Virus genome (UHGV): UHGV-0027971
DNA length: 43,269 bases
Direction: 5' to 3' (one strand)
From: a virus
A model generated the notes under the pieces. It was not told the origin of the DNA, did not search any database, and saw only the letters and a list, made by a program, of their open reading frames with translations. Shown here in pieces: positions 1 through 8,845 of the stretch. Every line of letters starts with the position of its first letter. The first letter of the stretch is position 1. Made by a program: the position numbers and the translations under genes.

Positions 1-74
1 TGATAGAAACAGAAGCCACTGGAGCACCTCAAAAACACCATCATACACTAAATCAGTAAGTTGGCAGCATCACC
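1..74 (-). mobile_element. IS1 insertion sequence, terminal fragment (inverted-repeat end at 52..74; element continues beyond the window start)
   Basis: Bases 1..74 are the reverse complement of the IS1 left end as I recall it (GGTGATGCTGCCAACTTACTGATTTAGTGTATGATGG...). Identification is from memory, not a search. Confidence 0.75.
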
Positions 75-334
75 TAAGCGTTATGCAAAATGGATCACAG
101 TGATACGACCTCACCAGTAAATCACTGAAGCCGATCTGTAATGACATAGAACGAATTGGTTTTATGGTTATGCAATGGCTCATCCCCTTACTTGTCCCTG
201 ACCATAAAAAGCATTCGCTTTCCTGAAAGCAAGTCTAAGCCAAGGGGCGTTTACAGTTGTCTTATCTTGACTCATTAGGTACTGGCTTAATGATTAGAAT
301 CATGTCGGTGGCATTTAGGTCCAAATATGCCCAA

Positions 335-353
335 AATTTTAGCAGCTAAAATT
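335..353. repeat. 19-bp palindrome AATTTTAGC-A-GCTAAAATT (copy 1)
   Basis: Perfect 9-bp inverted half-sites; a second copy lies at 1171..1189 on the other side of the 490..1119 ORF. Confidence 0.5.
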
Positions 354-489
354 CGTCTTCTCATGTAGGGTCAAGAAGCTTATGACTTAACCTATTAATT
401 ATGTGAATTACCTTGTGAGTAATACTCGTAGGATGGAATCTTCCAAAACTCTGACAATTCACTCTGAATGCATGGTAACAAAGAACAGT

Positions 490-1119
490 TTAAACCATGG
501 TCTGTTCAGCGTTAAATTTCTCAAGATAGACTTCCATTTCGCGAGTCCACCTAGGGGTAGGTACCGAGGTGATCATTAGCCAAGGAAACCACCATACAAG
601 CATGAAGAGTAACATAAGCGGTGCGATCATTTCGGCCGAAGAATGAGAAACTATATACATAATGAATAATATTAGTAGAACTGTGTTTACAATCTGACCT
701 ACCAGAAAAAGACGCCAGCGAAAACAATGCCATTTCCTGTTGAACACAATCCGTCCATCCCGTTCTTCGAGCCAGTTACGCCACGGCTTGAGATAACCAG
801 CCCGCAACCCATAACGATCACACATTATTACAGCCAAATCCTGCAGCCGATAATTATACAAGCCTGTGAGCCGATAAAGGCTGCGCTGACGAAGCTCACG
901 CTTTGCCAGACGGACCGCATTTTTATTCGAATATGGCTGTGTCAGCATTTGCTCTAGCCGGCGCTTCCTAAGATTGAGTAGTCCACGAAATACACTTCCA
1001 GATTCAGCATTAATTACTCTGTGACGAACTACACCGAGTGCAATATAGATACACAGCAATAGCCAGCCGGTCTTAGGGTATTGATTCATCCATTGTATAA
1101 TTACAGACAACTCAGGCAC
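490..1119 (-). CDS. hypothetical membrane protein (209 aa, hydrophobic segments near N-terminus and at residues ~140-185)
   Basis: Long ORF in the track; no family recognised by eye. Confidence 0.45.
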   Translation of the reverse strand: MPELSVIIQWMNQYPKTGWLLLCIYIALGVVRHRVINAESGSVFRGLLNLRKRRLEQMLTQPYSNKNAVRLAKRELRQRSLYRLTGLYNYRLQDLAVIMCDRYGLRAGYLKPWRNWLEERDGRIVFNRKWHCFRWRLFLVGQIVNTVLLILFIMYIVSHSSAEMIAPLMLLFMLVWWFPWLMITSVPTPRWTREMEVYLEKFNAEQTMV

Positions 1120-1170
1120 TTTTATTTTTCCTTTTTATGCAATCCAGATAAAACCAGTAAAGATTCAGTA

Positions 1171-1189
1171 AATTTTAGCGGCTAAAATT
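1171..1189. repeat. 19-bp palindrome AATTTTAGC-G-GCTAAAATT (copy 2)
   Basis: Same palindrome as 335..353 with similar flank (..CGTCTTCTC / ..GCTCTCCTAC); lies between the integrase stop and the 209-aa gene start. Confidence 0.5.
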
Positions 1190-1242
1190 GCTCTCCTACC
1201 GTAGAAAAAAGAAGCACAACCACTTAACTTACTGATTATTAA

Positions 1243-2433
1243 CTACTTACTAGTCCATTCATCAATCATATTCGCCCAATCTTGTAGCATCTCAGCCCTC
1301 TGCTCACGATATTCTGCCTTGTTATAAACAGCTCGTACCCCTTTTTGTTCATGGGCAAGGCTCTTCTCAATCCAGTCAGTATTGTACCCGGCCTCATGTA
1401 GCAAGGTGCTGGCTGTACGCCGTAAGTCATGGGGACCAAACTTAGGCAACAACTCCCCTTCTTTCTGAGCCAGGCGATACGTCAGTGTCAAAACCCGGTT
1501 TAAAGTAGCGCTACTCATTGGCGCATCGGAATCGTACCGCGAAGGAAGGATAAAATCAGAGCTACCGGCAAAGGTTTTGAGAGCAATCATAATATCCATT
1601 GCCTGTCTGGAAAGAAAAACCAAATGTGGATTACGTCGTTTCATCCTTTCCTTTGGTATCGTCCATAATGCCTCACTAAAATTGATCTCGTTCCAGGTTG
1701 CGTTAGTAAGCTCACTTTTACGTACCATCGTTAACAGCAAAAGTTTAACCGCTGCTCTGATTGATGGCGTCGTTCCTACCCGTTCCATGTACCGATACAT
1801 CAGACCAATTTCAACTGGCGTCAATGCCCTGTCTCGAGGCTCAAATTTCGCTATGCTTGCAGGCCGTACCAGATCAGCAGGATTCTCCACCTTCTGACCG
1901 CGCTCAATAGCCCAGCGATAGACTTGCAATACAATCTCTCTAGCGTGTACAGCTGTCGCTGGTGCCCCTCTCTCGACAATGTTATCGGTTAATGCGCGTA
2001 AGTCCTCATGTGTAATCTCACTAAGTTTCTGCTGGGCAAATTTTGACTTCAACTCCCTTTGATATACCGAACGCCGCATATCACGCGTCGATTCAGCCAT
2101 TTGATAACCGCGTAACCATTTCTCAGTCCACGCACCAAAAGTCTCCGCATCTTTAATACGCGCTTTATCTCTGGCTTTTTCCCTCGCAGGCGATATTCCA
2201 CTGGCAACCATTTTTTTGGCTTCATTGAGCCGTTCACGCGCTTCTGCAAGCGTGATCCCTCCAACACCATAGCGGCCAAAAGTAACAGTCTCCTGTCTTC
2301 CGTTTATTGAATAGTTATAACGAAATGAAATAGTTCCAGCCGGAGTGACCGCAACATACAGACCATCACGGTCATTAACTTTATAGAGTTTCTCCTTCGG
2401 CTTAAGGTGATGCAGCCTGGTGTCAGTCAACAT
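1243..2433 (-). CDS. int: tyrosine recombinase / integrase, P4-type (element 1)
   Basis: 396 aa; N-terminal MLTDTRLHHLKP..LYKVNDRDGLYV and C-terminal HDLRRTASTLLHEAGY..WIEKSLAH..GVRAVYNKAEY motifs typical of P4/CP4-57-like integrases; paralog of 41752..43002. Confidence 0.9.
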   Translation of the reverse strand: MLTDTRLHHLKPKEKLYKVNDRDGLYVAVTPAGTISFRYNYSINGRQETVTFGRYGVGGITLAEARERLNEAKKMVASGISPAREKARDKARIKDAETFGAWTEKWLRGYQMAESTRDMRRSVYQRELKSKFAQQKLSEITHEDLRALTDNIVERGAPATAVHAREIVLQVYRWAIERGQKVENPADLVRPASIAKFEPRDRALTPVEIGLMYRYMERVGTTPSIRAAVKLLLLTMVRKSELTNATWNEINFSEALWTIPKERMKRRNPHLVFLSRQAMDIMIALKTFAGSSDFILPSRYDSDAPMSSATLNRVLTLTYRLAQKEGELLPKFGPHDLRRTASTLLHEAGYNTDWIEKSLAHEQKGVRAVYNKAEYREQRAEMLQDWANMIDEWTSK

Positions 2434-2659
2434 GGTTTATTGTTTTCCTTTATCAAAAATACCATGTTGTAAAAAATTCAGAAAAGTTGTTTAACTATCT
2501 GTTTTTAATTGAGTTATAAAAAAACAAATACCATAACTCAACCGAAATTTATCACATGGTACTTTTTCAAACCTGAATTCGAAATCAGAGAGTACCATCA
2601 AAAATTCCATTGAAAAAACCGTGCTTCCCGTTGCTAACAGCTGCCAGAAAGTGCCAGAC

Positions 2660-2692
2660 ACAAAAACAAAAAAGCCCGCAGTTACGCGGGCT
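2660..2692 (-). terminator. rho-independent terminator (minus-strand sense) in the att arm of element 1
   Basis: Hairpin AGCCCGC-agttac-GCGGGCT with A-run 2660..2673 on plus = U-run on minus. Confidence 0.55.
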
Positions 2693-2738
2693 TAGAGGTA
2701 CTTTACTGCTTTTACGTGCAGGCTGTTGCCAGACGTTA

Positions 2739-2755
2739 AATCATTCCCACTCAAT
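2739..2755. repeat. att core direct repeat, left copy (AATCATTCCCACTCAAT)
   Basis: Identical 17-mer at 43193..43209, where it overlaps the last codons and stop of guaA; an integrase gene lies about 200-300 bp to the left of each copy. Confidence 0.75.
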
Positions 2756-2865
2756 TATTTACGGACACCATAACTAATTGAGTGATAACATTTTTCCAAA
2801 GATGAATTTTTCTCGTACCGTTTTATATACCGTCACCGGAAATCAGTACCATGAAAAATGCCATG

Positions 2866-3348
2866 CTATCTGGTCAGGGTGTCGTATTGTTTTTCGCAGA
2901 CTCTTCCGGCTTCGGCTGCCCGGTCAGCATACTCTGCCAGTTGTCTGTTTCTCTCGAGAGATTTGCTGAGCACGTCGGCAAGCAAAACTCCGGTGTCTGC
3001 GGCTGACGTCCCAGCGCCGACAATGGCGTTATACTGCCTGAGCTGCTCACGGATGGCAAAGAGTTGTTGCTGCAACCGGCCAGCGCGAGCGGCAGCATCA
3101 AGAGCATCATTGCGCGCCTGGTCGATCCTCTGCTGCGCTTCACGTTCATTGATCGATTTCTCCTGTTCGTAGTGCTGACGAACTATCTCATCTTCAGCTT
3201 TGCGGTCTTCCTTCGCCTGCGCATACCCGGCATCGTACTGACGACTGCCGTGTGCATTCCAGGCTACAACTCCTGATATGACCAGAACAGCAAGCATCGC
3301 CATGATAACCAACTGTTTCCAGTATGCTTTTGCGAATGCCCAGATCAT
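2866..3348 (-). CDS. i-spanin (Rz-like lysis protein)
   Basis: 160 aa, N-terminal hydrophobic anchor then a charged coiled-coil-like region; last gene of the lysis cassette; contains an embedded lipoprotein ORF. Confidence 0.75.
   Translation of the reverse strand: MIWAFAKAYWKQLVIMAMLAVLVISGVVAWNAHGSRQYDAGYAQAKEDRKAEDEIVRQHYEQEKSINEREAQQRIDQARNDALDAAARAGRLQQQLFAIREQLRQYNAIVGAGTSAADTGVLLADVLSKSLERNRQLAEYADRAAEAGRVCEKQYDTLTR
2874..3149 (-). CDS. o-spanin lipoprotein (Rz1-like), embedded in the +1 frame of the Rz-like gene
   Basis: Signal peptide with lipobox LALAGC, proline-rich mature part; entirely inside 2866..3348 in another frame. Confidence 0.7.
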   Translation of the reverse strand: MNVKRSRGSTRRAMMLLMLPLALAGCSNNSLPSVSSSGSITPLSALGRQPQTPEFCLPTCSANLSRETDNWQSMLTGQPKPEESAKNNTTP

Positions 3349-3974
3349 ACCGCCAGCACCTTACTGGCAGTTATGTATCGCGCGCGCCGGTCATCAATGC
3401 CGTTCCGGCCACCATTGATAAGCAGAGTTACACGTGCAATATCTCCGGTATACTTCATGCAGCCTTTGCTGGAGAAGAACCACGCCGCGCTACGAGCCGC
3501 GTATTCGTCCTGCGCCAGCAGTTCAGGACTCTCCAGCAGGTCAACCTTAAGACCGTTTCCACAGTCACGATAGTTATTCAAACCGGTAATCTGGATAAGT
3601 CCGCGCCCACGGTAGTTCCAGCCGTCACCAGGGGCATTGTTCCCCATGCGTTTGCTGTATACCAGATTGGCGATCGCTCGCTGCCTCTCCAGTGGCAACG
3701 ATGGTTCACCCTGCCGGCGCCCGAGGGAATTAGCCTGGCCCTGCGTCAGTCGTCCGGCACGGACGAAACCAGCCAGCCCAGCAACGCTGTAATTGAAGCT
3801 CTCAACGAGCTGGGTAAAGCCAGTGCTTTCATGCCCGGCCTGGGCAATAAACATAGCCTGATCCAGCGGCTTGATAATGCCAAACTCTTTCATGGCAGCC
3901 ACAATGTGCGGATGCCAGCGTGTTGCCAGCGCCAGGCTAACGCCGGCAGCTTTCTGAAACTCGTTAATGTCCAT
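3345..3974 (-). CDS. endolysin (lysozyme-like, probably glycoside hydrolase family 19 type)
   Basis: 209 aa; motifs [25 protein letters not shown] resemble GH19-type phage endolysins; sits between holin-like genes and Rz. Confidence 0.8.
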   Translation of the reverse strand: MDINEFQKAAGVSLALATRWHPHIVAAMKEFGIIKPLDQAMFIAQAGHESTGFTQLVESFNYSVAGLAGFVRAGRLTQGQANSLGRRQGEPSLPLERQRAIANLVYSKRMGNNAPGDGWNYRGRGLIQITGLNNYRDCGNGLKVDLLESPELLAQDEYAARSAAWFFSSKGCMKYTGDIARVTLLINGGRNGIDDRRARYITASKVLAV

Positions 3975-4269
3975 GTTGCGACCTCGATATCTTGAAGATT
4001 TGCACGACGTTGCCGCGCGTCTTCAGCACCGCGGCGAACATCACAGCATTGATAACGACCTCAGAAAGATCTGCGGTCATGGGGAAGTGGTACAGGTATG
4101 AGTACGCGGTGCGAAGCGGGATACTGGCCGCCGCCACGATGAGGAAATAGGCTATCCACCCACCCCAGCGGCGGTGGCGCGATCCGTTGCGCTGGAAGAA
4201 CATCACCCTCAGCGCTATCCCGCCGCAGATGAGGGCATTAGCGATAAGCAGCAGATCATGGCCTGTCAT
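3964..4269 (-). CDS. holin/antiholin-like small membrane protein
   Basis: 101 aa with about three hydrophobic helices, directly upstream of the endolysin. Confidence 0.5.
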   Translation of the reverse strand: MTGHDLLLIANALICGGIALRVMFFQRNGSRHRRWGGWIAYFLIVAAASIPLRTAYSYLYHFPMTADLSEVVINAVMFAAVLKTRGNVVQIFKISRSQHGH

Positions 4270-4669
4270 CGTCTTTTCCTCCCGGGATTAAATCGCGCGG
4301 ATTGTCAGAGCGGTGATACAGCCATATCCCGACCCGCACCGCGACAATTGCCGCAACGAACGCGCCGGCGGAGTAGACAATACCCCGCTCGAACGAGTCC
4401 TGTGTGATGGTGGGGATCATGCTGGCAACGCCGATAAGGATTGATGCTGTGGGTTTGTAGAATAGAAGGCCGCAGAGAAAGCTGAGTAGAGCCAGGAGAA
4501 CACGGCGCTTGACAGGATACTCAACAGCTGAGGTAACAAAAATTACCGCCCCTGCCAGCGATCCCAGCGCCACTTCTGGCGGTACGCCGGCGATAACTGC
4601 CGCCAGCGCACCATAGCTAAGCCCCTGATTTATCGTGTCAGCGGTTAGCGATGCAGACATGATGACCAC
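4256..4669 (-). CDS. holin-like membrane protein
   Basis: 137 aa, multiple transmembrane segments and a charged C-terminal tail ([18 protein letters not shown]); first gene of the lysis cassette. Confidence 0.55.
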   Translation of the reverse strand: MVIMSASLTADTINQGLSYGALAAVIAGVPPEVALGSLAGAVIFVTSAVEYPVKRRVLLALLSFLCGLLFYKPTASILIGVASMIPTITQDSFERGIVYSAGAFVAAIVAVRVGIWLYHRSDNPRDLIPGGKDDDRP

Positions 4670-4762
4670 CGTTTACTATGCATGATGAACCTCCTTAGCT
4701 TGGTAGGCTCATCATACACAATAAACCAAATATGACTAAACGGTAATATTTAAGTTTATCCA

Positions 4763-4948
4763 CTATTCATCTTTGGTAACAGAGGCGCTATCAAACCAGT
4801 CTGTCGCTACCTCATCATCAACCGAATAAGTTATAACGTATTTCACTGGAGTATCTTTCATTACCGTATACCCGATTACCTCTCCGGCAATGCCTGGGAT
4901 ACCATTAACAGATACCGTAACCATTTGACCAATATTTATAATGCTCAT
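4763..4948 (-). CDS. hypothetical small protein downstream of the tailspike
   Basis: 61-aa ORF abutting the tailspike stop (ATGA overlap). Confidence 0.4.
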   Translation of the reverse strand: MSIINIGQMVTVSVNGIPGIAGEVIGYTVMKDTPVKYVITYSVDDEVATDWFDSASVTKDE

Positions 4949-7245
4949 GACGTCACCGTAAAATTAAATAATAATGAATCGGTAGAAGAAGCCAGCCATA
5001 AAGACTGAGTTTTATTTTTCGGAGCTTCAATCAAATCCATTGATGCTTTTGCAGAGCAATAAAACCCGTAATCTCCTGTTGCAGCTATTGAAATCTCAAC
5101 CAGATGATTAGCATTTATTGCAGCTGTGATAGAGGGAGTTGACGTAGTTTCAGCATCCCAGTTATCCCATTCGTGAGATAGTATCCTTGCGCCGGTAGCC
5201 CAGTTGTCATTGACAGTACCATTTGAGATCAGCACCACAGCCCTGATGCGAGAATATTTTTGCGTCGTCCTTGTTCTGAGGAACGCTGTAACATTAACAA
5301 TTGCAGCGTTAAATCCACCGACAACACCGAAAGTCCAGAGAGTTTTACTACTGTTGACCCCGGCACCGGATGCGACAGGAGGAAAATCTGTGGTTATTTT
5401 CCCAATACTCCCTGTATTAATGATTCTTGGGGCATATTTAAATTCGGCAGGGACCACGGTATTAGCCCCAAGAACAAATGCCATGGATGATGCCCTTAAT
5501 TTGTTGCCTGTTACGTTAGGATGGGTATCATCATTCATCCACCCTTTTGATACGGCGTTTTCATAAGTACCTAGGGTCTGCCTGTCATCAAAATAGTAAT
5601 AGCCATTATTCAAAGCAAAATTTCTCCTGGCTATCCTGTAACTCTCTACGGCACTAGCATATTTGGGGTTAGTCGTCTTACTTGTTTCCCCTGGTTCAAC
5701 TATTAGCGCAACCGACGATGATGGTTTTATCATATTGGTATATGTTATCAAATCCGCCTTAAACTGCTCAACAGTTCTCCCTTGCCCCATATCATTAGTT
5801 CCCGCATTAATAACAACTAAAGCAGGGTTTAATGCAGCTTTCCATTTCGAAATAAAAACAGAGTCCTGCGATACAAACTCATCAAGTCGCCTGCCGCCAC
5901 GTGCAATTGTTGCTGTTCTTATACCTCTTGGGTTTGGTGTATATATAAAATCAAGTGCAAAAATAACTACATTACCGGTAATTTCTGAAAGTGTGATGCT
6001 GGAGGCATTTGTCGCATCTCTGAATACAGAAATAACGCCAAGATCCAAATCGGCGTTACTGTTAACGCTAGTCACAGTGCCGCCTGCCGTTATATTAAAG
6101 CTACCACCACCTGATTGTTTTAAATAATACAAATTACACTTATCCCATGGCAATTTGGGATCAGCGCCAGCTTGCTCAGTACCACTTGCTGAAGGCCATT
6201 GAATACCTCTACCAGCAGGAGCATATTTTGCTGGGGTAGCATTCATCGGTAAATCTCGTAAACTGGTGAATGTTCCTAAAGCATAAAATGCCTGATCACC
6301 TTCTATCTGAAAGGCCGCTTGATCAAAAGCATAAAATCCAGGTCCACCATAATCAAATGATGAATGCAGAAGTATTTTCAGGTATCTAACATAATTGGTG
6401 TTACCTGCCCCCTCATTAAGTGAATCAATGCCAAACTGAATCAGGCCTCCGGTTTGTAAAAGATAAGCAAGTGGATTATTTTTAACATATGAATTTACAT
6501 CCATTCGATCTAGTGTTGCTCCTACCGTTGTTTCATGAAACCCTGACAAGTTAGCGCCTGTAGGTTTTGCAAGTTGGATCAACACATCAGAAGCGCTACC
6601 AGGAATGGCAGGGACAGGATTTGGTTCACCATAATCGTTGAAAGTGAAAACTGTATTTTTCCTTACGTCCACAGAAGGAAGAAAAGATATTTCATCTTCA
6701 GGTACTCTCACCGTCCTTTTAAACAAATTCTCAGAATGCTGATTATTACTTGAATCTCCGGCATCTACATAATTCTTTGTTGCAGCATCCTGTGCCTGTG
6801 ACGGGTCACGCAGATTACGAATGCGGTTGTTGAGTGCGTCGTAATAGCTCGCGATGAACGACGGCTTACGCAGCGCCAGGCGGAGAAAGCTGAAGCACTG
6901 CTGGATAAGCATGGTCAGCTTGTCGAATGCATCCTCATGCACCTCTGCGAAAAATTTCCCCTGGTTACGCAGATCAGTCTCCTGGGTAACAGGCAAGTCA
7001 CGTGAGATAGAGATTTGCCATCCGTTGGCCAGAGGTGACATCAACACAACGCTCCCACCTGAATAGCTTCCCGCCCCGGTAACTGAGTAATCGGTATCTA
7101 AAGTCAGAACTGTAATATTTTCGTTAAGGTCAGCGACCTGGACAGTGAGATCTGACTTCTTGAAGATGCGAAACGTGTACGGGAAAGATGTGGTAACGCC
7201 GTTCCCTGTGTAGTCGTTATGGTCGACTTCGGTTGAGACCGTCAT
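4945..7245 (-). CDS. tailspike/tail fibre protein with SGNH (GDSL-like) hydrolase domain
   Basis: 766 aa; N-terminus MTVSTEVDHNDYTGNGVTTSFPYTFRIFKKSDLTV typical of podovirus tail-fibre head-binding domains; C-terminal part has SGNH-like blocks (VVINAGTNDMG, NDDTHPN). Confidence 0.8.
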   Translation of the reverse strand: MTVSTEVDHNDYTGNGVTTSFPYTFRIFKKSDLTVQVADLNENITVLTLDTDYSVTGAGSYSGGSVVLMSPLANGWQISISRDLPVTQETDLRNQGKFFAEVHEDAFDKLTMLIQQCFSFLRLALRKPSFIASYYDALNNRIRNLRDPSQAQDAATKNYVDAGDSSNNQHSENLFKRTVRVPEDEISFLPSVDVRKNTVFTFNDYGEPNPVPAIPGSASDVLIQLAKPTGANLSGFHETTVGATLDRMDVNSYVKNNPLAYLLQTGGLIQFGIDSLNEGAGNTNYVRYLKILLHSSFDYGGPGFYAFDQAAFQIEGDQAFYALGTFTSLRDLPMNATPAKYAPAGRGIQWPSASGTEQAGADPKLPWDKCNLYYLKQSGGGSFNITAGGTVTSVNSNADLDLGVISVFRDATNASSITLSEITGNVVIFALDFIYTPNPRGIRTATIARGGRRLDEFVSQDSVFISKWKAALNPALVVINAGTNDMGQGRTVEQFKADLITYTNMIKPSSSVALIVEPGETSKTTNPKYASAVESYRIARRNFALNNGYYYFDDRQTLGTYENAVSKGWMNDDTHPNVTGNKLRASSMAFVLGANTVVPAEFKYAPRIINTGSIGKITTDFPPVASGAGVNSSKTLWTFGVVGGFNAAIVNVTAFLRTRTTQKYSRIRAVVLISNGTVNDNWATGARILSHEWDNWDAETTSTPSITAAINANHLVEISIAATGDYGFYCSAKASMDLIEAPKNKTQSLWLASSTDSLLFNFTVTS

Positions 7246-7330
7246 GTTAAATCTCCAGATAGTCGCAGCACCCGTTGCGCCGCATATCCGGTTATTTTAT
7301 TACCTGAAAAACCACATATGGATAGATAGA

Positions 7331-7346
7331 CTGTGAATTCGAACAG
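7331..7346 (+). promoter_or_regulatory. candidate second SOS-box-like site (CTGTGAATTCGAACAG)
   Basis: CTGT-N8-ACAG spacing, but the spacer is not the usual AT-rich sequence. Confidence 0.3.
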
Positions 7347-7401
7347 ATATTACCTTTCAGGTAATTTTCAAAACGTGCTGGATAGCAAATAAATTATTTG
7401 A

Positions 7402-7421
7402 TACTGTATAAATATACAGTT
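7402..7421 (+). promoter_or_regulatory. LexA (SOS) box TACTGTATAAATATACAGTT overlapping a promoter (-35 TTGATA at 7398..7403)
   Basis: Near-consensus CTGT-N8-ACAG with AT-rich spacer, 20 bp upstream of the 7441 start. Confidence 0.75.
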
Positions 7422-7440
7422 ATTGCATGGAGAAGATAAG

Positions 7441-7698
7441 ATGCAGCAGTATCACTATCCACTGGAAGAGGGATTTACCGAAAGGATTCACACGCCGGGA
7501 GGCGTCAGGTCACTGGTGGAGGGATCGCACTTGATGAAATTACTCCGGGATCTCGATAAGGATGGATTTAATGTCGATGGCCCACTTGCCGAACTGACTG
7601 CACTGATTAACTACGTCACCAGCTCACAGATGTCTATGCGGGATCTGCAAACACATCTCGACTATTGTGCCGAACAATTACGAAAACAAACCCGGTAA
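7441..7698 (+). CDS. SOS-regulated small protein, stand-alone homolog of the shared antirepressor C-terminal module (Tum-like role inferred)
   Basis: 85 aa from ATG 7441 (RBS GGAGAAG; track start 7423 is a forced TTG). Aligns with the C-termini of the proteins at 9345, 11074 and 41064 (IH.P.GV..L.E.S.LM.LL...DG..V.G..AELT...Y......RD.QTH..Y). Confidence 0.6.
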   Translation: MQQYHYPLEEGFTERIHTPGGVRSLVEGSHLMKLLRDLDKDGFNVDGPLAELTALINYVTSSQMSMRDLQTHLDYCAEQLRKQTR

Positions 7699-7705
7699 AT
7701 TTAAA

Positions 7706-7721
7706 GGCCGCAAGAGCGGCC
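7706..7721. terminator. hairpin terminator between convergent genes
   Basis: GGCCGC-aaga-GCGGCC followed by a T-rich tract; between the 7441..7698 (+) and 7721..8449 (-) 3' ends. Confidence 0.55.
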
Positions 7722-8449
7722 TATCGTTTCGCTTTGTGCTCATCCCAGCACGTTTTGCACCATGCCATTAAACCATCCGCATTTTGATTATTAGGGTAAA
7801 AGCTGGTTCGTTTTCTGCGGACATTACAAATTGGGCACCACTTCATATGGCGTGTATTCTTTGGGCCATCGAGACACCTTGCACACCACTTAGTCAATCC
7901 ATCTGGATTTTTTGACGATTTCCTGAATTTTTCATATGGAAGGTTTATTCTGCATCGCAAGCACTGCTTGCTACCACTTGAAACTCTGTTAGCTGATTCT
8001 TCTTTTGGCGGCGATACAGAAGGTATTCTTGCTGGCTCTGATACTGCCTGAGGTGCTTTTTTAGATGACTGAGACGATGTGTCATCACCAGGGAATCTTC
8101 CATGATATGCCGGACGCGTTGACACTCCAGGTGGAAGCTCTGCTGTAAATGGCTTTGGCTGAATCAGTTGCCTCTCTTTTGCTAACTCCTGCTGTTTATA
8201 ATATGTCTGGATTACCGCACTATCATAAGCAGGAGGTGCGGAAATATTAGGCGCATTACCTCCAGTTTTTTGAAACTGAGTAGAGGTGTGTTCTATCACC
8301 TGTGTACGATTAATCGTTATCTCCCCATCTTCGGTCTTTATCGTTTTGTTATGATTTACGACCGTACGATCAGAGATCTTAGTCTTGTTCTGGTTGATAA
8401 CGTAAATAATCACCGCAACCACACCAACAACTATCCAGAAAACTTCCAT
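7721..8449 (-). CDS. hypothetical membrane-anchored protein with two C-terminal zinc-ribbon-like motifs
   Basis: 242 aa; N-terminal hydrophobic helix, low-complexity S/P-rich linker, then CLRC..(x20)..WCARC and CPIC..(x20)..WCKTC. Confidence 0.5.
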   Translation of the reverse strand: MEVFWIVVGVVAVIIYVINQNKTKISDRTVVNHNKTIKTEDGEITINRTQVIEHTSTQFQKTGGNAPNISAPPAYDSAVIQTYYKQQELAKERQLIQPKPFTAELPPGVSTRPAYHGRFPGDDTSSQSSKKAPQAVSEPARIPSVSPPKEESANRVSSGSKQCLRCRINLPYEKFRKSSKNPDGLTKWCARCLDGPKNTRHMKWCPICNVRRKRTSFYPNNQNADGLMAWCKTCWDEHKAKR

Positions 8450-8604
8450 TGCTTTTCCTCACAATAACATTACCTTAAAGGTAATATCTTGCTTTCAGGT
8501 GATCAAGCATTAAACTCCATCAACCAAATACGGTTGATTTTGATATTTATTCTCGCTTATCATTACCTTTGCGGTAAATTTACATCGCACTCCTCTTGTG
8601 CCAT

Positions 8605-8690
8605 AGTAATCAGGCACTGGCAAAATCCAGTGCCGGGATTGGCGTCCCGGATTACTAGTAGGCGCATACCACGCCAGACGTGGTTTTTTT
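8605..8690 (+). ncRNA. candidate structured small RNA or leader element ending in a rho-independent terminator
   Basis: Outer stem TAGTAATC/GATTACTA enclosing hairpins GGCACTGG-caaaat-CCAGTGCC and CCGGGA-ttggcg-TCCCGG, then terminator CCACG-ccaga-CGTGG + T7 (8669..8690). Function unknown. Confidence 0.3.
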
Positions 8691-8845
8691 ATGCGTATAG
8701 CACAGTCATATCCGAATTATGGTGGGCTGGGCAGGGGCACCGAAAGGTGCGCCGGTACCTACTAGGCCGGTACGCCAACCTTGTCCAGTTCACCACCAGC
8801 AATTGGCGTTGCGGTGGTAGGTAACTTACTAGTAGAGGTATCGCT

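Noticed and set aside
5204-6127. Plus-strand ORFs inside the tailspike gene (5204..5566, 5260..5490, 5663..6127)
   Set aside because: Antisense shadow ORFs within a long, well-supported minus-strand gene; the same reasoning applies to antisense ORFs inside the integrase, ejection, tail-tubular, portal and terminase genes.
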